Below are positions 8,893 to 19,950 of a DNA stretch of 64,000 bases, in pieces (the stretch's first letter is position 1; each line of letters opens with the position of its first letter). A model generated the notes under the pieces. That model was not told where the DNA came from, did no database searches, and saw only the letters and a program-made list of their open reading frames with translations. Source of the stretch: Eledone cirrhosa (lineage: Eukaryota); NCBI GenBank assembly GCA_964016885.1, contig OZ024748.1, positions 30,876,001 to 30,940,000 of the forward strand, read 5' to 3'. The position numbers were made by a program, and so were the translations under genes.

Positions 8893-9135
8893 TAATTTAA
8901 TTAATTTAATTAATTAATTAATCAATTAAATTAATTAATTAAATTAAATTTAAATTAATTAATTAATTATTTAATTAAATAAAATAAAAATAAAATAAAA
9001 TAAAATAAAATATAATAAAATAAAATAGAATAAAATAAAATAAAATAAAATAAGTAAAATAAAATAAAATAAAATAAAAGAATTAATTAATTAATTAATT
9101 TAATTAATTTAATTTAATTTAATTTAATTTAATTT

Positions 9136-9651
9136 ACTACCCGGAAATAACAGGGAAATACCCGGAAATACCCGGAAACACCCGGAAATATTCCACTGCG
9201 CACTGCGCATGCGCCAAGGTTGGACAGCACTGCGCATGCGCTAAGGTTGGACCGTAGTGCGCATGCGAGAAGGTCGTACCGTACTGCGCATGCGCGAAGA
9301 TCGGACCGCACAGCGCATGCACGAAGGTTGGACAGCACTGCGCACGCGCTAAGGTTGGACTATAGGGCGCATGCGCGAAGGTTGGAATGTAGTGCGCATG
9401 CGCTAAGGTTGGACCGTACTGCGCATGCGAAGTGCTATTCCAAACTTGGCGCATGCGGCGCAGTGCCGCCCAACCTTCGTGCATGCGCGATACGGTCCAA
9501 CCTTCGCGCATGCGCACTACGGTCCAACCTCGAAACCAGTTTCGTGTCATTTGGTTTTTTGAGGTTACCTGGTTTCATCTAGTTTCGGTTTTCTAGGATC
9601 CCTGGTTTCGTTTCGTTTGGTTTTTTAGGTACCCCGGTTTCGTTTCGTTTC
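9136..9651. repeat. Module M4: complete head-27mer-tail copy
   Basis: Same order as M1; flips near 9418-9433; tail starts cctcgaaaccagtttcg. Confidence 0.85.
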
Positions 9652-10095
9652 TTAAATTAAATTAAATTAAATTAAATTAAATTAAATTAAATTAAATTAA
9701 ATTAAATTAAATTAAATTAAATTAAATTAAACTAAATTAAATTAAAATAATTAATTAATTAATTAATATAATGAAATAAAATAACATAAAATAAAATAAA
9801 ATAGAATAAAATAAAATAAAATAAATTTAATTAATGAATTAATTAAATAATTTATTAATTAATAAATTAATAATTTAATTTAATTTAATTTATTTTATTT
9901 TATTTTAATTTATTTTAATTAATTTAATTAATTAATTAATTAATTTAAATTTAATTAAATTAATTAATTAATTAAATTATTTAAAATAAAATAAAATATA
10001 ATAATATATAATAAAATAAATAAAATAAAATAATTAATTAATTAATTAATTAATTAATAAAATAAAATAAAATAAAATAAAATAAAATAAAATAA

Positions 10096-10250
10096 ATTGA
10101 ATTGAATTGAATTGAGTTGAGTTGAGTTGAGTTGAGTTGAGTTGAGTTGAGTTGAGTTGAGTTGAGTTGAGTTGAGTTGAGTTGAGTTGAGTTGAGTTGA
10201 GTTGAGTTGAGTTGAGTTGAGTTGAGTGGAAACGAAACGAAACGAAACGA
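10096..10250. repeat. In-phase pentamer series (ATTGA)4-(GTTGA)22-GTGGA-(AACGA)4
   Basis: Counted directly at 10096-10115, 10116-10225, 10226-10230 and 10231-10250. Confidence 0.92.
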
Positions 10251-10315
10251 AATAAATTTAATTAATTAATTAATTAGTTAATTTAATTAATTAAATTTAA
10301 TTTAATTTAATTTAA

Positions 10316-10614
10316 TACTCGGCAATAACCGGAAATACCCGGAAACACCCGGAAATATTCCACTGCGCACTGCGCATGCGCCAAGGCTGAACAGTACTGC
10401 GCATGCGCTAAGGTTGGACCGTAGTGCGTTGCGCGGAGGTCGGACCGTACTGCGCATGCGCGAAGATCGGACCGCACAGCGCATGCGCGAAGGTTGGACA
10501 GCACTGCGCATGCGCGAATGTCAGACCATAGTGCGCATGCGCTAAGGTTGGACCGTACTGCGCATGCGCACTGCTGTCCAAACTTAGCGCATGCGCACTA
10601 CGGTCCAACCTTAG
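10316..10614. repeat. Module M5: head plus 27-bp repeats, fused directly to the 32-bp satellite
   Basis: Flips at 10557-10572; ends cggtccaaccttag|acttaaacc. Confidence 0.85.
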
Positions 10615-13600
10615 ACTTAAACCACAAACCCAAGCCTTAGAGTTTACTTAAACCCCAACCACAAGCCTTAGACTAAGACTTAAACACCAACGCTAAGCCT
10701 TAGACTTAGAATTAAACCCGAACCGCTAAGCCTTAGACTTAGACTTAAAACCAAACTCCAATTCTTAGTCTTAGATTTAAACCCCATCCACTAGTATTAG
10801 ACTTAGACATAAACCCCAACTCCAAGCCTTAAAATGAAACCATAACCACAAGCCGTAGACTTAAACCCACACTCCAAACCTTAGACTTAGACTTAAACCC
10901 AAAACGATAGCCTTAGACATAGACTTAAATCCCAACACCAAGCCTTAGACATAGACTTAAACCCCAACCACAAGCCTTACACTTAGACTTAAACACCAAC
11001 CACAAGCCTCAACCTTAGACTTAACGCCGAACACGAAGTCTTAAAATTAGACTTAAACCCGAAATCCAAGCCTTAGACTCAGATTTAAACCCCAAATCCA
11101 AGCCTTAGACTAAAACCCTAACCCCAAATCTTAGACTTAAATCCTAACACCAACCCTTAGACTTAGTCTTAAACCACAAACACAAGCCTTAGACTTAAAC
11201 CCCAACCTCTACCCTTAGACGTAAAATTAAACCCCAACTCCAAGACTTAGACATAAACCCCAACCTCAAGCCTTAGACGTAGACTTAAACGCATACCCAA
11301 AGCCTTAGACTTAGACTTAAACTCCAACCGCAAGTCTTAGAATTAAATCCTAACCACAACCCTTAGACTTAAACCTGAAGCCCAACCCTAAGCCTTAGAC
11401 TTAGACTTAAACCGCAACCCCAAGACATAGACTTAACCTTAAACCCCAACCCCAAGACTTGGACTTAGACTTAAACACCAACCCCAAGCGTTAGACTTAG
11501 ACATAAACCCCAACTTCAAGCTTTAGAATTAAAACCTAACCCCAAGACTTAGACTTAAATCCTAACACAAACCCTTAGACTTAACCTTAAACCACAAACC
11601 CAAGCCTTAGAGTTAGACTTAAAACCCAACCACAAGACTTAGACGTAGATTTAAACCCGAACCACAAGCCGTAGACTTAAAACCCAACCACAAGCCTTAG
11701 ACTTAGACTTAAACCCCAACCACAATTCTTAGTCTTAGACTTAAACCCCACCACTAGCATTAGACTTAGGCATAAACCCCAAATCCCAAAGCTTAGAATT
11801 AAACCATAACTACAAGCCGTAGACTTAAACCCAACACCAAGCCTTAGATTTAGACTTAAAACCCAACTCCAACCCTTAGACATAGATTTAAACCCCAACC
11901 CTAAGCCTTAGACTTAGACTTAAACCCCAAGCCCAACATTAGAGTTAGACTTGAAATCCACCACAAGCATAAAACTTAGACTTAAACCCCAACACCAAAA
12001 CTTAGACTTAGACTTAAACCCCAACCTAAAGCCTTAGACTCAGACTTAAAGCCCAACCTAAAGCCTTAGACTTAGACTTAAACCCCAACCCCAAGCCTTA
12101 GGCATATACTTAAACCACAACTCCAAACCTTACAATTAAACCCTAACCCCAAGTCTTAGACTTAAATCCTAAACCAACTCTTAGACTTAGACTGAAACCC
12201 CCAAAACCAATCCTTAGATTTAGACTTAAACCCCAACCCCAAGCCTCAGATTTAGACATAAACCCGAACCCAAAGCCTTAGAATTTGATTTAAACCCCAA
12301 CCCAAGCCTTAGACCTAGACTTAAACCCCAACCCCAAGCCTTAGGCTTAGAATTAAACCCTAACACGAACCTTTAGATTTAGACTTAAACCTCAACCACA
12401 AGACTTAGAATTAGACTGAAACCTGAACCCCAAGCCTTAGACTTAAACCCCAACCCCAAGCCTTAGACTTAAACATAAACGCCAAACCGAAGGCTTAGAC
12501 TTAGACTTAAACCCCAACCCCAGCCTTAGATTTCGACTTAAACCCCAAATCCAAGCCTTAGACATACACTTACACCCTAACCCCAAGCCTTAGACTTAGA
12601 CATAAACCCCAAACCCAAGTCTTAGAATTAGACTTAAACCCGTACACCAAACCCCAACCCCAAGCCTTAGATTTAGACGTAATCCCAAATCTTAAGCTTT
12701 AGACTTAGACGTAATCCCCAAATACAAGCCTTCAATTAAACCATAAACACAAGCCTTAGACTTAGACTTAAACCACAATCCCTAGTCTTAGACGTAAACT
12801 TAAACCCCAACCCCTAAACTTAGACTTAGACTTAAACACTAAGCCTTAGAATTACCCTTAAACCCCAACTATAAGCCTTAGACTTAGACTAAACACCAAC
12901 CCCTAGCCTTAGACGTAGACTTAAACCCCAACCCAAAGCTTACACTTAAACCCTAACCCCAAGCCTTAGACTTAAACTCTAACCTTAGTCTTAGACTTAA
13001 ACACCGACACCAAGCCTTAGACTTAGGCTTAAATACAAACCCCAAGCCTTAGACTTAGACTTAAACCTTAACCCCAACCCTTAAACTTAGACTTAAACCC
13101 CAACCCCAAGGCTTAGACTTAGACTTAAAGCCCAACCTCAAGCCTTAGACGTAGACACTAAGCCCAAACCAAAGCCTTAGACTTAGATTTAAACCCCAGC
13201 CACAAGCCTTATACATAGACTTAAACCACAACGCCAAGCCTTAGCCCAACCCGTAAACTTAAACCCCAACGGCAAGCCTCAGACTTAGACTTAAAGCCAA
13301 ACACAAAGCCTTAAAATTAGACTTAAACCCGAAATCCATGCTTTAGACTTAGACTTAAACCCGAACCCCAAGCCTTAGACATAAATGCCAACCCCAAGTC
13401 TCAGACTTAGAGTTAAATCCCAAACCCAAGCCTTAGACTTAGACATAAATACCCCCCCCCCAAAAAAAAGCCTTAGGCTTAGACTTAAACCCCAAATCCA
13501 AGCCTTAGACGTAAACCCTAACCCCAAGCCTTAGACTTAAATCCTAACCCATAGATTTAAACCCAACCACAATTCTTAGACTTAGATTTAAACCCCCAAA

Positions 13601-16129
13601 CCAAGCCTTAGACTTAAATACTAGCACCAACCCTTAGACTTAGACTTAAACCACAAGCCCAAGCCTTAGACCTAGACTTAAAACCGAACCCCAAGCCTTA
13701 GACATAAACCCCAACCCAAGCCTTAGACCTAGACTTAAACCCCAACCCCAAGCCTTAGATTTAAATCCTAACCTTTAGATTTAAACTGCAACCACAAGTC
13801 TTAGACTTAGACTTAAACCCCAAACCCATGCCTTAGATTTAGATTTAAATCCCAACCCCAAGCCTCAGATTTAGACATAAACCCGAACCCAAAGCTTTAG
13901 AATTTGACTTAAACCCCAACTCAAATCTGAGACCTAGACTTAAACCCCAACCCCAAGCCTTAGACTTAGTCTTAAACACAAACTCCTAGCCTTAGACTTA
14001 AACTTAAATCCCAACCCCAAGCCTTAGAATTAAACCCTAACACGAACCCTTAGACTTAGACTTAAACCCCAACCACAAGAGTTAGAATTAGACTTAAACC
14101 CGAACCCAAGCCTTAGACTTAGACATAAACGCCAAACAGAAGGCTTAGACTTAGACTTAAACCCCAACCCCCAGTCTTAGATTTCGACTTAAACCCCAAC
14201 TCCAAGACTTAGACTTACACTTACACCCTAACCCCAAGTTTTCGATTTAAACTTAAACCCTACCCCAAGCCATAGATTTAGACATAAACCCCAAACCCAA
14301 GCCTTAGAATTAGACTTAAACCCGAACACCAAATCCCATCCCCAAGCTTTAGACTTAGACTTAAACCCAAACCTTCAGCTTTAGACTTAGACGTAATCCC
14401 CAAATACAAGCCTTCAATTAAACCATAAACACAAGACTTAGACTTAAACCCAAGCCTTTGACTTAGACTTAAACAACAATCCCTAGCCTTAGACGTAAAC
14501 TTAAACCCCAACCCCTAAACTTAGACTTAGACTTAAACCATAACCCCATGCCTTAGACTTAAACCCTAAGCCTTAGAATTACCCTTAAACCTCAACTATA
14601 AGCCTTAGACTTAGACTTGAACCCCAACCCAAAGTCTTAGACTTAGACTTAAACCCCAACCCCAAGCCTCAGGCTTAGACTTAAACTCCAACCCTTAGAC
14701 TTAGACAAAACCCCAACCCAAAGCCGTAGACGTAAACTTAAACTTAGACTTAGACGTAAACCCCAACCTCAAGCCTTAGGCGTAGACTTAAACACCAACC
14801 CAAAGCTTACAATTAAACCCTAACCCCAACCTTAGAATTAAACTCTAACCTTAGTCTTAGACTTAAACCCCAAACCCAAGCCTTAGACTTAGGCTTAAAT
14901 ACAAACCCCAAGCCTTAGACTTAGACTTAAACCGTAACCCCCAACCCTTAAACTTAGACTTAAACCCCAACCCTAAGGCTTAAACTTAGACTTACACCCC
15001 AACCCCTAGCCTTAGACTTAAACTTAAACCCCAACTCCAAGACTTAGACTTAGACTTAAAGCCCAACCTCAAGCCTTAGACGTAGAAACTAACCCCAAGC
15101 GTAAGCCTTAGACTTAGAAATTATCCCCAACCCCAAGCCTTATACATAGACTTAAACCACAACCCCAAGCCTTAGAATTAAACCCTAACAACAAGACTTA
15201 GACTTAAAATCTAACCCCAACCCAAGCCTTAGCCCAACCCATAAACTTAAACCCTAACCCCAACCCGTAGACTTAAACGCTAAACCCAACCCTTAAACGT
15301 AGACTTATACCCCAACCCCAAGTCTTAGACTTAGACTTACATCCTAACCTCAAGCCTTAGACGTAGTCACTAACGACAAACCAGAGCCTTAGACTTAGAA
15401 TTAAACCCCAACACCAAGTCTTATACCTAGATTAAACCACAACGCCAAGCCTTAGACTTAAAATTAAACCCTAACAACAAGTCTTAGACTTAAAACCTAA
15501 CCCCAACACTAAGCCTTAGCCCAACCCGTAAATTTCAACCCCAACCCAAAGCCTCAGACTTAGACTTAAACACCAACCCTAAGCCTTAGACATAGACTTA
15601 AACCCCAACCCCAAGCCTTAGAATTAAACCCTTACAACAAGATATAGACTTAAAATCTAACTCCAACCCAAAGCCTTAGCCCAAACCGTAAACTTAAACC
15701 CCAACCCAAAGCCTTAGACTTAGACTTATACCCCAACCCCAAGCCTTAGATTTAGACTTAAACTCCAACACCAAGCCTTAGACATAGACTTAAACCCCAA
15801 ACCCAAGCTTTAGACTTCGACATAAACCCCAACCACAAGCATTAGACTTAGACTTAAACCCCTACCCCAAGCCTTAGACTTAGACATAAACCCCAACTTA
15901 AAGTCTTAGACTTAATTTGAACCCCAACCCCAAGCCTTAGACATAGACTTAAACCCCAACCCCAAGATTTATCCTTCGACATAAACCGCCACCACATGTA
16001 TTAGACTTAGACTTAAACCCCAACCCCAAGCCTTATACATAGACTTAAAGCACAACACAAAGTCTTAGACGTAAAATTAAACCCTAATAACAAGCCTTAG
16101 ACTTAAACAAGTCTTAGAATTAAAGCCCA

Positions 16130-19100
16130 AACCCAAGCCTTAGACATAGACTTAAACCCCAACCCCAAGCTTTCAGACTTCGACATAAACCCCAACCACA
16201 AGCATTAGACTTAGACTTAAACCCTAACCCCAAGCCTTAGACTTAGACTTACCCCAACCATAAGCCTTAGACTTAGACTTAAACCCCAAGTCATAGACAT
16301 AGACTTAAACCCCAACCTCAAGCCTTAGACGTAGACACTAACCCCAAACCAGAGCCTTAGACGTAGACTTAAACCCCAACCTCAAGCCTTAGACTTAGAC
16401 TTAAACTCCAAGCCATACACATAGATTGAAACGCCAACCTCAAGATTTAGACTTAGATTAAACCCCAGCTCCAAGCCTTAGACTTAAACTTAAACCCCAA
16501 ACCCAAGCAGTAGACTTAGACTTAAACCTTAAACCCCAACCCCAAGCCTCAGGCTTAGACTTAAACTCCAACCCTTAGACTTAGACTAAACCCCAACCCA
16601 AAGCCTTAGACGTAAACTTAAAGTTAGACTTAAACGTAAACCCAGACCTCAAGCCTTAGGCGTAGACTTAAACACCAACCCAAAGCTTACACTTAAACCC
16701 TAACCCCAAGCCTTAGAATTAAACTCTAACCTTAGTCTTAGAATTAAAGCCCAAACCCAAGCGTTAGACATATACTTAAACCCCAACCCCAAGCTTTAGC
16801 CTTCGACATAAACCCCAACTACAAGCATTAGACTTAGACTTAAACCCCAACCACTAGCATTAGACTTAGACTTAAACACCAAGCCATAGACATAGATTTA
16901 AACCCTAACCTCAAGATTAGACTTAGATTTAAACCCCAGCTTCAAGCCTTAGACTTAGATTTACACCCAAACCCAAAGACTTAGACGTAAACTTAAACCC
17001 CAACTCAAAGACTTAGACTTAGACTTAAACCCCAACCCCAAGCCTTAGACATAGACTTAAACCCCAACCCCAAGCTTTCAGACTTCGACATAAACCCCAA
17101 CCACAAGCATTAGACTTAGACTTAAACCCTAACCCCAAGCGTTAGACTTAGACTTACCCCAACCATATGCCTTAGACTTAGACTTAAACCCCAAGTCATA
17201 GACATAGACTTAAACCCCAACCTCAAGCCTTAGACGTAGACACTAACCCCAAACCAGAGCCTTAGACGTAGACTTAAACCCCAACCTCAAGCCTTAGACT
17301 TAGACTTAAACCCCAACCCCAAGGCTTAGACTTAGACTTAAACCCAAACCACTAGCATTAGACTTAGACTTAAACTCCAAGCCATACACATAGATTTAAA
17401 CGCCAACCTCAAGATTTAGACTTAGATTAAACCCCAGCTCCAAGCCTTAGACTTAAACTTAAACCTCAACCCAAAGCCTTAGACTTAGACTTAAACCCCA
17501 AACCCAAGCAGTAGACTTAGACTTAAACCCCAACCCCAAGGCTTAGACATAAATTTAAACGCCAAACCCAAGCCTTAGACTTAGACTTAAACCCCAACCC
17601 CAAGCCTCAGGCTTAGACTTAAACTCCAACCCTTAGACTTAGACTAAACCCCAGCCCAAAGCCTTAGACGTAAACTTAAACTTAGACTTAAACGTAAACC
17701 CAGACCTCAAGCCTTAGGCGTAGACTTAAACACCAACCCAAAGCTTACACTTAAACCCTAACCCCAAGCCTTAGAATTAAACTCTAACCTTAGTCTTAGA
17801 ATTAAAGCCCAAACCCAAGCGTTAGACATATACTTAAACCCCAACCCCAAGCTTTAGCCTTCGACATAAACCCCAACTACAAGCATTAGACTTAGACTTA
17901 AACCCCAACCACTAGCATTAGACTTAGACTTAAACACCAAGCCATAGACATAGATTTAAACCCTAACCTCAAGATTAGACTTAGATTTAAACCCCAGCTT
18001 CAAGCCTTAGACTTAGATTTACACCCAAACCCAAAGACTTAGACGTAAACTTAAACCCCAACTCAAAGACTTAGACTTAGACTTAAACCCCAACCCCAAG
18101 CCTTAGACATAGACTTAAACCCCAACCCCAAGCTTTCAGACTTCGACATAAACCCCAACCACAAGCATTAGACTTAGACTTAAACCCTAACCCCAAGCGT
18201 TAGACTTAGACTTACCCCAACCATAAGCCTTAGACTTAGACTTAAACCCCAAGTCATAGACATAGACTTAAACCCCAACCTCAAGCCTTAGACGTAGACA
18301 CTAACCCCAAACCAGAGCCTTAGACCTAGACTTAAACCCCAACCTCAAGCCTTAGACTTAGACTTAAACCCCAACCCCAAGGCTTAGACTTAGACTTAAA
18401 CCGAAACCACTAGCATTAGACTTAGACTTAAACTCCAAGCCATACACATAGATTTAAACGCCAACCTCAAGATTTAGACTTAGATTAAAACCCAGCTCCA
18501 AGCCTTAGACTTAAACTTAAACCTCAACCCAAAGCCTTAGACTTAGACTTAAAGCCCAAACCCAAGCAGTAGACTTAGACTTAAACCCCAACCCCAAGGC
18601 TTAGACATAAATTTAAACGCCAAACCCAAGCCTTAGACTTAGACTTAAACCCCAACCCCAAGCCTCAGGCTTAGACTTAAACTCCAGCCCTTAGACTTAG
18701 ACTAAACCCCAACCCAAAGCCTTCGATGTAAACTTAAACTTAGACTTAAACGTAAACCCAGACCTCAAGCCTTAGGCGTAGACTTAAACACCAACCCAAA
18801 GCTTACACTTAAACCCTAACCCCAAGCCTTAGAATTAAACTCTAACCTTAGTCTTAGAATTAAAGCCCAAACCCAAGCGTTAGACATATACTTAAACCCC
18901 AACCCCAAGCTTTAGCCTTCGACATAAACCCCAACTACAAGCATTAGACTTAGACTTAAACCCCAACCACTAGCATTAGACTTAGACTTAAACACCAAGC
19001 CATAGACATAGATTTAAACCCTAACCTCAAGATTAGACTTAGATTAAAACCCCAGCTTCAAGCCTTAGACTTAGATTTACACCCAAACCCAAAGACTTAG

Positions 19101-19950
19101 ACGTAAACTTAAACCCCAACTCAAAGACTTAGACTTAGACTTAAACCCCAACCCCAAGCCTTAGACATAGACTTAAACCCCAACCCCAAGCTTTCAGACT
19201 TCGACATAAACCTCAACCACAAGCATTAGACTTAGACTTAAACCCTAACCCCAAGCGTTAGACTTAGACTTACCCCAACCATAAGCCTTAGACTTAGACT
19301 TAAACCCCAAGTCATAGACATAGACTTAAACCCCAACCTCAAGCCTTAGACGTAGACACTAACCCCAAACCAGAGCCTTAGACGTAGACTTAAACCCCAA
19401 CCTCAAGCCTTAGACTTAGACTTAAACCCCAACCCCAAGACTTAGACTTAGACTTAAACCCAAACCACTAGCATTAGACTTAGACTTAAACCCAAACCAC
19501 TAGCATTAGACTTAGACTTAAACTCCAAGCCATACACATAGATTTAAACGCCAACCTCAAGATTTAGACTTAGATTAAACCCCAGCTCCAAGCCTTAGAC
19601 TTAAACTTAAACCTCAACCCAAAGCCTTAGACTTAGACTTAAAGCCCAAACCCAAGCAGTAGACTTAGACTTAAACCCCAACCCCAAGGCTTAGACATAA
19701 ATTTAAACGCCACACCCAAGCCTTAGACTTAGACTTAAACCCCAACCCCAAGCCTCAGGCTTAGACTTAAACTCCAACCCTTAGACTTAGACTAAACCCC
19801 AACCCAAAGCCTTAGACGTAAACTTAAACTTAGACTTAAACGTAAACCCAGACCTCAAGCCTTAGGCGTAGACTTAAACACCAACCCAAACCTTACACTT
19901 AAACCCTAACCCCAAGCCTTAGAATTAAACTCTAACCTTAGTCTTAGACT
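16130..19950. repeat. 1058-bp higher-order repeat, ~3.5 copies
   Basis: Marker tttcagacttcgac at 17076, 18134, 19192 (1058 apart; 16171 is a shorter 905-bp copy); marker cagacctcaag at 16643, 17701, 18759, 19849. Confidence 0.88.

Larger units (their letters stand above)
5741..10315. repeat. AT-rich compound microsatellite matrix (TTAA)n, (TAAAA)n, (TTAAA)n, (TAAA)n interleaved with CpG-rich modules
   Basis: Directly visible. Confidence 0.9.

Noticed and set aside
6024-10608. CRISPR array or AHAQ/CAVRS-repeat proteins
   Set aside because: The 27-bp units are contiguous with no unique spacers or cas genes in a eukaryotic context; the ORFs arise because 27 is a multiple of 3.
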